From the NCBI RefSeq assembly GCF_964355755.1, contig NC_092672.1:20039237-20103236 (forward strand): a DNA stretch of 64,000 bases, read 5' to 3'. A program made the position numbers and the translations under genes. The notes under the pieces were generated by a model that saw only the letters and a program-made list of their open reading frames with translations, searched no databases and was not told the DNA's origin. The first letter of the stretch is position 1. Every line of letters begins with the position of its first letter. The DNA is from Antedon mediterranea. Taxonomy: Eukaryota; Animalia; Echinodermata. Shown here piece by piece: positions 13,301 through 28,300 of this stretch.

Positions 13301-16300
13301 TGTCATAAAGTCACTAGTATACAAATAATGAATGTTTATGAGTGTAATGGTACAAATAATGGCACGAGGTGAATGATGAAAGGTTATATCAACGAGGCAA
13401 AGCCGAGTTGATATAACCTTTCATCATTCACCAAGTGCCATTATTTGTACCATTACACGAATACAAAACATTCATTATTTGTTTTATATAACATCTAAAT
13501 AAATTCTAGTTATTTGAATCAAATAAAAGGTAGCCCTACCCTAGCCAAAGCTTACTACATTTCATTCACACACATTGATTAAAAACAGTAACATTTGGTT
13601 TTTAATAATGTTATATTGAATGTTATATTTATATGGATTTCGTAAACACACCTACTTTTGTGTTAATTATGTCAACAAACGACCAAACAATCCTAGGCCT
13701 AGCAAGGCTAAAACGCCTAGGCTAGGCCTAGCCTAAATACTAGCATGGCCTAGGCTAGGTCTAGTAGCCTAGTACTAGCTTGGCTGAAAGGCAAAACTTC
13801 GACAGACAATTGGAACTTATCTAAGCTAATTATGGTTTTTCCAACAATTCCACGTCTTGTAGGGATGTCCCCATTAATTAATCAAAATCCTAAAAACGAT
13901 CTAAAGCTAATTTAAATGCCATTTTGAATGAAATTAGTACATAATGTCCAAATCGTACACAAATATCTGCTGCTGTTGCATATCTCGCGGTGGTGTTTAC
14001 AAATGAAACTGAGACCAGACGACAGGTGGCGCTGTTGTATTTCACAGTACATAGCCATATCATATAGGATAATTTGTGTACTAGATTTTTTTTCATTCGC
14101 GAGACGTTTTTTTTTTCGTACACAAAAATGTTTCAAAAAGTACTATTTAACGATCGTTGAATAGTGCGTACTATTGCACGCCATGTGACCCACATTCGTC
14201 CAATCAAATGACAGGAATTTATATAGGTGTTATATAATAGGTTTTATTGTAAATTAATAGCACACTACGTGCAACAGCTAATACAGTAGTACTAATCATT
14301 GTCAGTATTTTCATTTTTGTTGTAAATGTATAGTCAACAGAGACCTCTTAGAATCAGGCTTCTGAGTCATGTCAGTCATACATTCTACTCATTCACCCTT
14401 TACCAAAAATTTGGGATTTTTAAAATGTCTTTCTTTCCATCATATATATTCATTTATGACTGACAATTTCATTCGTATAGTTTCTTTCTACTGTAAAACA
14501 ATAATACTCTCTTTGTCATTACATTCAGCCTCTTACATTAACATTCAAATTAATTCAGAATAAATACATTTGAATGATGAAGCCTAAAAAAACAAAAAAC
14601 AGAATAACTAAAATACAAATAAATTGGTATATTTCTATACTATTGTACCTTATAACACAAGAATCTCCTGTTCGTCCGAAGCGTGTAACAATTTCGAAAG
14701 GCATTGTGAGATAGAATAGAGCTAATGGGTGGCGCCATTGTGAGCCATGGAGTAGCGCGCCCTCATCAAATTAGAAAGTCAAAATCATAGAGGGGATCTG
14801 CTAATACTATAGGGGGATAGAGTAATTGACTGAGCCCTCTATAGGAATTAATAGTTTTGACTTCCTAGTTTGGAGGGGGAGCTGCTCCATGCTGTGAAAT
14901 GGCTTCGCCCAGTTTGACTTTTTAACCCTGTACATCTAGTACTACTATAAGTTCTTTTCTTTGATGTAGATGATGATACATAAAACTGTTATAAAGCCTA
15001 CCAAACATACAGTGCTAGTTGAGGGTGATTATTTGCTTTTTTGTTAAAAGTAAATAATAGTCAACCAGAAATAAAACTTGGTTTACTAAAAACTAAGCTT
15101 TGGTTGTCAACACAATGTAGGCGCTACGCAAGCGAGTTGACCAATAACAAGCAACAGTTTGGATAATCCATCACATTGTGATTGGTCAATTTGCTTGATT
15201 TAATTTCCAAAAAAATTGGATAGACTACAGACAAATGGACAGACTAAATTTTGGGACAAACAAACTTATTACATGCAAGTATTACTCAGTAATCACCTCT
15301 GTAGTCCCATGGGTACTCTTTTAAATAGTTATTGATTACAGTGCCTTAAAATGTTCTTTAAATAATAATTGTGTAAATTGATTTGACCAGGACCTTACCA
15401 TGCCAAACCATATCAATACTTTGAGTTACAATTGTAGATAATATATTGATATTCATTTGTAGCTATACACTAGGCTTCATTATCTTAAGGTTATTAGAGT
15501 GTGCGTAACAGCAGTATGATCATACACACTATCATGACAACTACTGTATTACAGTGCTTATGATGTACACAGCCTATTTAATACTTAGTTGAAATGCCAT
15601 TATTAGACATTTTTAATCATTGATTTATTTAGAGAACTTAATAAAACTTCACCAGAAGTTATAGAATGGTCATATCAGTTGTATTCTGATTGTTTATACT
15701 ACTATAACAATATATGTTCACATTTTGTAGTAATACACTACCAACATGTATAGATAGTATTTACAATACCCATCTGAATAATTATACTACACCTTAATCT
15801 GAATACCTTATCCAACCTGAATACAGTATTTATACAGCGAATACTGTTTCGTAGTTTCATTCCATAAAACCATAATTTAACATCAAATAAATAGTCATAA
15901 CATTAAATCTTCTTTATTTTAATAGATTCATCTCTTTTTTTTCTTTTGAAAAAGATTTTAATATACACCCCAAAAATAAACATCTACCCTGTATGTGATG
16001 ATACACATGGGGTCAAATCATTTTTCTATTCGACCTATTCGCTATCCGTCGCTAGGACAGAATAATCTGGATTTTTTTCTTTTACATAATCCAAGTTAAT
16101 CAACTACCACACTTTATTTCAAAAGATAACATTTTTTAGCATAAATATTTTTTCTGTAAAATGGCTGCATAATATAGTTATCCACACCTTGGCGGATAAC
16201 TCCTTGTGATTGTATAAAATCATCATCAACTTTTTTTACCTGTATTATTCTTCTTTCATTCAATATTTCATAACTTCGTAAAGTTGTGCACCTACTATTT

Positions 16301-19300
16301 TTTTTAAACGTCAGAGTTGCGCAACATGACTTTCGTGCGATTTTATGAATTTGAATGATTGTCAAATGTCATTTTGTATTGACACTTTTTTAATTTAAGT
16401 CATATCAAGAGTCAACTTTCTATGGATTAAAAATGGCATGTTTCACAAAGTTACGCGCACAAGATTTCTTACAACCAACACCTGCACTTGCTGTAACTTA
16501 ATGCGTATTCTCAGTTTGTGAACTTAATTCTCTTGAATTTTTCATTATTTAAGCCTTAAAATAATTGAAAAGTCAATTAAACCATATCAACTTTATTTTA
16601 ATGACTTACTGATTTTGATTTTAAATGCATTATGGCTACTCATATGTTGATTGCATTCTTAACCCTATTTCACATTGACTATTCTTATTATTTTAAATGC
16701 ATTATGGCTACTCATACATGCTGATTACCTTCTTAACCCTCTTTCACATTGACTATTCTTATTATTTTAAATGCATTATGGCTACTCATACATGCTGATT
16801 ACCTTCTTAACCCTCTTTCACATTGACTATTCTTTTTATTTTAAATGCATTATGGCTACTCATACATGCTGATTGCCTTCTTAACCCTCTTTCACATTGA
16901 CTATTCTTTTTATTGTACAAGTTACTAAATGTTTAAGTTTACTTAATTCACTTCCCACAACCTTCATCAATAATCACCTTGACAAATTTCAATATAGATT
17001 TACCTCCTGGTTCATCTTGTTTTTCATCACTGTTTTATGTATGTTTACGTTTTTTCTCCTTGTACTCTATACGCACAAACATACTTTGCCTATTATATTA
17101 TTCTTAATGTATATATAGTATAAGCCCATGGAGTAATTTATAATTCTTCCGTAAGCTTCCTAATTACATGTAAAGATAATAACATCGTCACATTTTGTAT
17201 CTTATTTGTTTTGTGTATTTCAGTTATAAACGGCTACTACTGTAGGAAACATTTTTTTTGTACTGTACAGTAATTATTAATTTAAATAATAATATTTATT
17301 ATTTGCATATCTACGGACGTACCATCAATTTCAAAATTCTTTTCAATTCAGTATGTTCTAGCAATACTTTCGAATTTGTAAATAATGTGTACTTGCTTTT
17401 TTAACTTCAGATTATGGACGATATACCTAAAGTGTATTTAAAATATACAGAAGTGTAAAATATTCTGTATTTATTTTTGTTACAATGAAAGTTACTGACC
17501 GCAAACATTCATGCATAGCCTACTTTAAACATAGAAAATGAGATTTCAATTACAACTCTTGCATTTTTAAGTTTAACTACGTCAACCTTGAAATCTGTTC
17601 GTCTGTAGGGCTCACACAAAGACGGGTGCTGATGCTAGTAATTTATATGATCAGACCATTTGATATCTGTTGCTGCAGTTGAGATTCATACACTTTAAAG
17701 TAAAGTTTGATTTAATGTGATCACATCATTTCCCTATTATCATTTGATTTATAATTTTAGTTGTTAATTTTGTTGTTGTCGTCGTTGTGGTTTATACAGT
17801 ATTTGTGAAACTAAACAAGATGAACGGATTAAAGAATAAAATATCTTACAATGTTTCTATGTTGTGCAGTCAAGATAAACTCTTTTCAGTTCAATATTAT
17901 AGAAACTATTTTATCAAGAAAGAGACCATGCCCCGCTCTAAATAGAGATGCGGTTATGTTAAGGAGTCCGAGAGAGAACTTTCCAAAATTGATGAAGCTC
18001 ATCTAAAAACACTGTTTTCATCAAGGTCAAATATGCATAAGTTAGAACTCAGAATTAGAATGCTCAGGATATTAATGAGTATCACTGAAATATTAATAAA
18101 TACAAATGTTGTTGAATTGTGTTATCCTAATGTCTACTACCAACCTTCATTTAAAATCAATTATTTTTTTAGGTAGATCAAGATCAAATATAGTTCTGAC
18201 TTGTTAATGGTCACATGACAGTATAGTTTATTGGGCTTGCCAGTGATAATGACAAAATATTTATTATTTTGGTCTACTATTACAGTAACACTTTTTATCA
18301 ATTAATGATACTGTATAACATATCAGTGCAACCTCCAATATTGTATTTTAAAAAAATCAACAAAAATATATATATATTGTTTTTTTATATTGGAACTGAG
18401 AAAGGCATATATTCCTGATCTAAAATTATTTTCACTTTGGGATATTTTTGTAAATTACAACTTTCATAAAAAAAATATCATTAAAAAAAAGACAACATTG
18501 TATGTCTGAACATAGTATAAATATGCACATGGTATAAATATATAATTTGTAAAATGCATCAGAGGTTGTACATTTGCAAAATAAAAAGAAAAAAAGGAAT
18601 TTACATATTTATTTTTATACAGAAGAGTGAGTGGCACTATAGCCTTAGTCAATGTAACTCTGTTATTTTTCTGCTATAAATGAGTTAGGAATAAAATTGT
18701 CATGTGACAGAATACCAATGTAACATTTTTTCTTTAATCAGTTTTTTAAAACCTGATGATTATAATCTCTTTCCAGAATGGAAACACTCCACTACATACA
18801 CATCTGGCTAATATGTTTAAGGATCCTACATTAGAAATGGTGACCTGTCTCATAAATAAGGGGGCATCGGTGACATCACAAAATAAGGTAATATATATAC
18901 AGACAATTTTCAGTAATACTGTATGCAACAATCTTTCACCTACTCGAGTATATTTTTCTATTCTTTTTTTTTCTTTTTTTATATCTGGTTCATCATAATT
19001 AATAATAATGATAATTATTATTAAATTGTGTGATTTTTGGTAGACCTATTTAAAAAACCATTCCTTCAAAGATGACAATATCTACTATCACAGCGATTTT
19101 AAACTGATAGGAAGATTGTGGGTTGTATAATTTATGCTGAGATTGGACCTATCGGATATTTTGACGACATGAAGTAATGGCAGTGGGTAGAGGGAATGTG
19201 CCCGGCTTCATATAAGTTATTTAATAAGGGCGTTTAATCCTATAACCTATGCTTCATTAAATACTCTGTAACCATCTGTATTTCAATACTGATCTACACA

Positions 19301-22300
19301 TGCGCACAGCTCGAATCTGAATTAAATGAAAGAAAGAATATTTTCCATAATTTGTTATCCAATGAACCATATCATATTCTAACTTTGCTCGATTTTGTCC
19401 CAATAAAACTGTATTCAGAATAAAAAAATCTATCCAACGATACCAAACAGTACAGTATTTTGGTGAAATTGCCTTTTAACCTTTTGACCTTTATTGATCA
19501 CGTGATTTGTTTAATTTCGCAATTACTATGTAACTATGCATTTATTGATATGGGTGTAATGGAATAAAATAATCAGTAATACATTCCCTTTCCAATGATA
19601 CCATGGATGACCAGCTTTAGTGTGGAACGTCGGCCATTTTGAAATACAAAATTGCGGCTGAAGGAGTGGTCGAAAAAAATGGCACCTAACTTTTTTGGAT
19701 TCAGCATCTCAAGAATAACAAAGTTAGCTAAAAAATTCTATTTTGGCACAAATATCGAACTGGAAGACATAATAACCCGTACTACAACGACTAGGAAACC
19801 TTTAACATGTGGCTTACCTTTCATTGGTCATGCTTTTTAACAACCTACCTTCAACCCCTGCGTTAGCGGCTGCGGTAACACTAACCCAGCGAATGCTATG
19901 CAGTCCAAATATACTCATTGTACCCACAGCATAAAATATCCTTAAACAGCACGGCAGCGTGAATAGGACATCTTTCTAGCATGTGGCTACTAGTTGATTT
20001 CACTGACTAAATAGTGCTAATGTGGTTCCATGCCTTCTACTCTCTATATCAGCATGTATAAAGACCTAGACCCAGGTATCTGTGTCCAACAATAGTGTCC
20101 AACCACCAATAGTTCTTGATAGTTCAAACACTGAATTATTTAATATTTTAAATGAACTAAAATTTACACTATGTAGTATTTTTGTAAAAAATTAATAAAA
20201 TATGAACTTAATGTTGATTTTCCTTTTACCTAACCTTGTATTATTTTAGGTAAATACAGAATTTCATTTACAGTATTGTTGTACAAAACTATGGAACAAT
20301 CAAGTCCTTCTGTTTCTGAATTATTTCTTGTAGATGTTAAATCTTTGATAGTTTTACACCTTTTCACCTTCTGTCAATTATTTAAGAATTACTGACATTC
20401 AGTGATTGAAGTTTCTCCTTCATCTAATGTTCAAGCAGTATCTATATATAAATTTACGTAAGGGCAAAATTCGATAAATCTCGGTTTATTTCTAGAATTT
20501 TTACTCGATGGTATATAAAGTTGGTTCATACTTTCGGTACTGATTTTAACCATCTGATGTAACCCTGTTTACTAATTAAATTTAGTTAGATAATTAGTTA
20601 TTGACGATTAAAACGAATTTAGGTTCAACGATTTGCCCCAAATAGGGGTGTTTTCCAATCGTGGTATACACTGTCTAATGAATGTCCATGGAAAAATACC
20701 CGCACACAATAATACGAGTATGCTTCGCATTTTCCTATCTCCTCCTACGATAATTGTTTTTAATAGCTGAAAACCGGTTGAACAGCTCGAGTATAGCATC
20801 ATAATGTTGAAGACAGGCCGATTTTCTTTAAAAAACTACTATTTTGATAGATTTAATATACACTTATACAACTGTTTTGATCTGCGATAAATGAAACATT
20901 CCAATCTCTGTTCCACAAGTGTCTATTCCCTCAGGCGTCGTAAAGACAAGTACTGTATCGTCATAACAGAAATTCGATCCATTTTATCCAATCTGTGCTC
21001 CAGAGGTTTGATATAGATATTTTTTTTAAACGGATAATGAGCTAGCCTTTCCAGTCGCCGTCTATTATGTACAATCATCTTTATTATTGCAGTTAAACCA
21101 CCACCCACACCACCACCCTCCCACTCACATGCATGAGTAGCATTGTAAAGCCATTAGGGGATAGGCCTACGGTACGGTATGAAGGATCACATGCCCTAAA
21201 CGCAGAACAACTTTGGTGGTTAGAAACCAACTTAAATATGAATTGGCTCTAATCTAAGAAACAATTCAAAACCATAAGACCTACTAATTAAGTTAAGTTA
21301 GATAATTATTTATTGACGATTAAAGCGAATTTACGATATTCCCAGAATAGAGATGTTTAGGCTACTTTATTACTGACAGTTCCTTCTGAACGTTAATATT
21401 AATTAATAACCTAATTACTGTACAAAAAATATAAACTTCGTATTATTAGTGTACTATTTCAATCGACTATATGGTGACAGTTTCAGCAAAGTATTACATA
21501 GCAATGTTTTACTGTGTTTAGTCATGGAGGTATAAATACCTCCATGGTTTAATGGTATATTATTTGTAAAACATGAAAACAATTAATATTTCGTTACTAA
21601 ATGGATAAAAAATATATTTAAAAATTGTTCGTCTTTGCACCCATCCTCTTCCCTATCTCTCAACCTTCATGTTGCATACAAAACACAAATTCAGTTTGTT
21701 TCAAAACAATTGGTCTTATTTTGTGACAAGTTTTTCTTTCGGAAGTAATTCCCAGGGTGCTAATTTTAGTTGAGTACATAAATCACAGTGTCTATTTATT
21801 CGTTCCTGTAAACGACAAATATTATTGTCCTGCATGTACATTTTAAAGATGAAATTAGTATGTATTTGAGAACCATCTGTGGGCATGACCTAGATGGTAC
21901 GCTCGCTTCGCTCGCGTACCATCTAGTCTATATATAAATTTACGTAAGGGCAAAATTCGGTAAATCGCGCGTTACTTCTAGAATGTTTACTCGATGGTAT
22001 ATAAAGTTGGTTCGTACTTTCGGTACTGATTTTAACCACCTGATGTAACCCTGTTTACTAATTAAATTGAGTCAGATAATTAGTTATTGGCAATTAAAAC
22101 GAATTTAGGTTCAACGATTTGCCCCAAATAGGGGTGTTTTCCGATCGTGGTATACACTGTCTAATGCATGTCCATCGTGAAAAATACCCGCATACAATAA
22201 TACGAGGATGCTTCGCATTTTCCTATCTCCTCCTACGATAACTGTTTTTAATGGCTGAAAACCGGTTGAACAGCTCGAGTACAGCATCATAATGTTGAAG

Positions 22301-25300
22301 ACAGGCCGATTTTCTTTAAAAAAATACTATTTTGATAGATTTAATATACGTTTATACAAATGTATTGATTTGCAATGAATGGAACATTCCAAATTATTTC
22401 GTTTAACCATACTTGCATACCTCCATGGTTTAACACAAGTAGGTAAATTTATAGACCCTTGGAGAATAAACAGAACTAGTATTGTAATTCTATACAATAC
22501 TGCAAATAGGTATTAACCACTTTTGATCGCCATTTGAATCAAAAGTGTGTTGGTATACTGTTAGATATAATATAAACAAATATACTAATAAACGTTATCA
22601 CTGTGAGTGTGTGGGTAGCCCCTACTTTTAGATTATAAACACATAATAATATAATACTTTATTACTGTCAGTTGTTTCTCAACGTTTGTATTAATTAATA
22701 ATTACAAAAATATAAACGTATTAGTGGTCTTTAAATGTACTTCACTATTTCAAACGACCATGAGACAGTGACAGTTTTAATAAAGTATTAAATCGGAAAT
22801 GTTTTACTCTATTTAGTGGTATATTATTTATAGGCCTATAAAAAAAATATTTCGTTACTGAGTAGATATAAAAGAAATATAAAGAATAATTTAATATAAA
22901 GAATATATTAAAAAATTGTTCCTCTTTGTACCTCATCCCCAACGCTCAACTCTAATGACAAGTTTCTAGGTGCTAATTTTGGTTGACTACATAAATCATT
23001 ATGTCTATCATCTAGTTGTTATAATGTTTTTTTATTGAGAATTGTCCTATAATTTCACACATCAATTAATTATTATTATTATTTGAAATAAAAAAAAAAT
23101 GTACATTGACTTAGGAATGTATTTAATAATTGCCCTGATTTAATGCATAACTATTAATTTAAATTGTATACTGGCTTTTTCTTTTTATCCAAATGTACAT
23201 ATGAAAAACATAAGCACTCATTTTGAGGGCTTGTGATGAGTTTAAAATCAAATAACAATATAATCAAGTTAAAGTTCAATACAATTTTTTTCGTAATGGT
23301 CAAATGAATACAAAACAGAAAATATATTTAGGTTACATTAATTTCTTTAAAAAGTAGCATGAAAACATAAAATAAATTACATGAATAAAGGTAATAACTA
23401 TACAGGAACCAAAACTTAAAACAAATAAATAAAATCAACAGAAATATAGACAATAGCATATTATTTCATCAGAAAAGTAGTTGGACAGATAATGATTTTC
23501 AATTATTATACAAAAGTCTTTCTGATTAGAAACAAGGGTTGAATCAAGACAATTCCACCTATATTTGGGGTAAAACATTATTTTTTGTTTAAAATAATTG
23601 CCAAACTCTGCAATCATCCAAAAAACATAGCAAACCTCATTTAACCAACATAAAAGTGATTGAATTAGTGTACAACTCACTTGGTTTGTCAATTAACAAA
23701 TTTAAATATATTTTTGTTAAATACTTAATTTTGTGGTTAAACATCATTTTTTCGTTTAAAAACAATATTGATAAACCTTCACCGCCCCAAACAATGTTAC
23801 AGTAATGTATAAGTAAAACATTTTATTTTAATTTCTTTAGAATACTAATATATTTAGATATTTTATTTGAGAAAAATTTTTGCCAGCCAATAATCTAATT
23901 AAAAGACCAAGGAATGATACTTCACTTTTTTCAATTAATTTTCCATTAAAAAAATATAACAATTGTTGTGTCCCGTAAGTTCACTAATACAATTAGTTTT
24001 AGTCGTATTAATTAATAATTAGTTTGTAGTGAACAATTTACTAACTTACTTAACTTTAAATTTAAAAAGTTCAACAAGACAATATTGTTATTAAAATGTA
24101 AAGTTGTATTATCTGCATTAAAAAATTTGTCTGAAAGATTTACTAATTATTAATTTGAAATAATGATTTCGATCTGTAAAATATCTTTTAAACCAATCTA
24201 AGAAAATACCATAACGAAACAACTTGAAAATATCATGGTTAACAACATCAAAAGTTTTTGATAAATCTAGAAAAGTACTTTCAAAAGCAGTATTAACAGA
24301 ATTAGTGAGTTCAAGAAAAGCATGACAAGTGGTATTGTATGCATACATTTTTTATTATTTTTTTGAAAAAATGGGTAAAATTAAGATTGGTATAAAAGTA
24401 TCCGTTTTTAAATACAGGATTTACATTTGATATGATTAGGTACAGAACCCATAATGAATGATTAATTAATGGCGTATGTGAGATGGCTTATAATTAATGG
24501 AGCAACCTTTTTAAGAATCATGCTCTGAACCTTTACTAGAATTCAAATTATTAATTATATTAAGCACTTCTGTTTCAGATATAAATGAGAGGCTATATGG
24601 GAGGTGGTAATTAACAGATTAGGTTTTAGAATATAGAATTACAGATTTTTACAAATGTGGCTATACTTTTTATATCTTGAAATATTTGAACTTTTATGAA
24701 TTTTTAAAAGTTTATGCTAATATTTACTAAATTTATTTAGGTGGGGTGTGTAGAGGGTGTCATCAATAGTTGTTTTAGTGTTTTGGTTTTTTTTAACTTC
24801 AAAAAGTATATAAAAAAATGTATCCAACATTAGGATTAACTGTACAGTTTAGACGAATCAGTTTGAGAAAAATCAAAGCAAAATGCACCTATATCTGTAA
24901 TTCAGTATCAATGGTCAAGAACGTCAACCTTATTGAAAGTTAATCATAATCAATTATTTTTGAAATAGTAAATGATCAGAGATGTCTGAATTGTAAATAC
25001 CTGATAAAATATCAAAATGTGTAGGCCTATAGAGTATCATGGTGTGACGTCACAATGATAGAGGGCGCTGCATGGTTGCTAGCCAAACAAAAAATGCGTT
25101 CAACGGTACTATGTTGATAAACTGTAAAGATTTGTATTTTCTAATATTTTTGAAATAGGTAAATGATCAGAGATGTCTGAATTGTAATACCCGATAAAAT
25201 ATCAAAATTGGTAGGCCTACAGGTATGGTTTGTGTAAAAATGAATCAATAAGTTCTGCATTTTTTTTTTGTAATTGTCATCAGTCGTAGGGAAAAACGTA

Positions 25301-28300
25301 CAATAGTTGATAAGATGATATAAAATAATTATTAATTATGCTTATTAAATTTTATTTAAAACAATAGTAAATTCTACCACAATATTACAAAATCTTCATG
25401 ATTTAAATCTTGAAAACAATTAATTTATAATAACAGCAAAATGTTCCGTGTTATTGTTGACTTGTAAATAAAGCCAATTATAGTTTGTTTTATTGATTTA
25501 TAAAAAGCGAATCACATATAGTTCTTTTTTCAATAATAACTCTGATAATATTTTGTAATAAAAAAAAAACAGTAATTGTGTTCTGGAATGTGCGTAATTA
25601 TAACTAACAACAATAACATTTTTATTTAAATACATTATGCGTATGACAAAGACGGTGATTTGTTTTTTTGATTTCTGAATCAAATAAATATTATGCAGAG
25701 CTATTTAAGTATGTCTTTACTCAGAGATGTCCATACTCTTCTACTACTACTAGTACTTTAATTTTACAGTAAATAAGAATTTGAGTTCTCTACACTAAAG
25801 GTTATTCACATGACAGTATGTAATAGTGATATGTAAAAGGAATTTAATAATAAATCATAATCATCAGAAATAGAACAATTTATTTAATTAATTCAAATTG
25901 TTCAATATAATTTAAAATATTTAATATTCCTGGAGTATTATCACAAATAGATAATCATTTCAATTTGTAGCATTCAAAATACAGTAGGAGAGTTTGTTTA
26001 TAATTTTATAATTGTATTGCTTGATAGGTTGGCACCCAAACATTTTTAATTTTTTTTACTCCATCTTTGGTATTTAATTGCATTCTTTGAAAATTACCTT
26101 TTTTTCAATGAGCTTGCCTGAATCTTCAACTGTCTGGTGTTTTCAAATCTCCTTCTCCTTTTTATTTGGATATATATTGTATTTTCATCTTCTTCCCAAC
26201 TTTTTTATTATTTTTTTCAGGGAGCCTAGGCGTAAAGTTTTTCAACTTATATAGGTTTCCTTCTACACATACTATGTTTTTTATTGGTTATTATTAAGTG
26301 TTTATATAATTATTATTTTATGTATTTTTAATATATGTATGGAGAACATTTATTGAATATTTATTGAAAATTGATTAAACAAATCAAATAAAACAAATCA
26401 TAATATAATTTTGTGTATATGCTAAAAATGCCTTAGTAAACAACTCACATGTTGTATACGAATACCATTGGGCTACTGGTTCAAATGTTGGTTTATATCT
26501 AGTAAGACTAATAATACAATTAATGTGCATTACTAGAGTAAGCTAAGCTAGTGTCATGTTTTGAAATTAAAATGACCATTTTGATTAACTGGCATTACAT
26601 AAATGAAAGTGAAACTATTGTTTAATAGTGAGTACAGGTATTCTTTAAACCCATAGAGTTAGCCTAGGCCTCTAGGCTTATAATACATAGCAGACAATAT
26701 TTTTGTGAATAGAATAAATAAATAAAAATACTTTTGTCTTTTTCTAATTGGACATTTGGATTAGTCATAAATACAACAGTTCTGACTACATTAGGTGTCC
26801 TGTAAAATCATTTCATTTTTTTTTTCTGTGGCTTAGACATTTTTTCATTCATACTTCAAATTTTGTAAGAAATGTCAGGATATCATGTCATGCAACATGT
26901 AAATATTGATGTTTTTGGACATGACATCATAACTCAGGTTTTCATAGCCATACAGCAAAGACTCTCCTAATATTAACCACTAGCAATTATACCCCCCCCC
27001 CCCCAGGGCGGGTTTCAAAATTAGTTTAAAGCCTTCTCAACACCCGACGCCAGTATCTGTCTATATACTCACCAATCTCCACCCTTCTTCAATACCACGT
27101 CCCCATACTCTATTTTAAAAACAAATTCTTCTCAGTGATGGACAAATTCAATTCAATGTAAGCTTCAAATTGAGAGGAGTATACATAGCTATGATGGGTC
27201 TAATAATGGTTGAAGTACGTTGTAAAATGTGTAAATGAATAGGTGTCATATTGGCTGATAATTAAAATATCTAATTTAGATACTGCGGGGCCCCAGCCTT
27301 CTTTCTCCTCTCACCACCCCAGCCACAATCAACAAACCTTAACTCCTCCCCTAGACAGTTCAAATATAGTAACTTTTCCTAGTACAATTCCAAGCATATA
27401 GGCTACTTCATCATGGAGGGCGACATTTAAGTTTATCTAAATTGTGTGCACAATAAAAAGAAGTTTGCTATTCATTTTGTATAACAAACACATGGAATAT
27501 TTTAAAACACATTTTGTTTTTATTGTTCACTAATCGTTGTATACTTTATTGTTTTATAGCATTGCTATGTTTTAATATTGTTGGTGTTCCACTTTAGTGC
27601 TTTTTGACAATTAGGCTTAAATATAGTTGTTACTGTGTGCAAAACAATATCAGTTTTTTTGTAGCAACAGTGTACAGATATGCTCTAATTTAAAATATAA
27701 TCTTTAATGTGTATTATTATCAATACATATTGCTATATATACGTTATGTTTTTTCACGCTATGGTCATAAATTTCCATTTGAAATACTTTATAAAACATT
27801 TACAATAGTGCCTTGACCATTATTTAATTAATATTTTTTTTTTAAACAGTATTTAATCAAATGGTGTATTGTCCCAAATTCATGAAAAATGAAGATTTAT
27901 TAAATCAGATTTTGAATATGTTGTTTTGTAGGGTTTTAATAAAGTAACTGTAATCACTTCCGTAGAAAAAAAAAATGTTTTCATGGTTAAATTCAACCAA
28001 AAACCCATTGGCTGGAAGCCAATTTGAACATTTTTTCATTAAAATATTTAATTTAAAATTTTTTCAGGTAAATACATTTTTTTGGATCAAATTTTTGGTC
28101 TAAATGGCACTTTCAACAAAAATGTTGTTAAGAATAATTTTTTTTTTTCAGGGGGACATTGCATTCTTAACAAAAACACTTAAAATTTCACAAACCTTCA
28201 ATTGTTCTTAAATATGATTTTGTATTTTAAAAGTGCAATTTTCACAAATTTGTTTTTTAGACAAGTCACTTAAAAATGCCCTAATGATCCCTGTGTATAA

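Larger units (their letters stand above)
9665..19385 (+). repeat. Segmental duplication copy A (contains ankyrin exon 2)
   Basis: Blocks 9665-10310/11969-12050 match 19785-20440/23016-23070; blocks 12233-13312/16100-19385 match 29614-32876/36920-37205. Confidence 0.88.
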
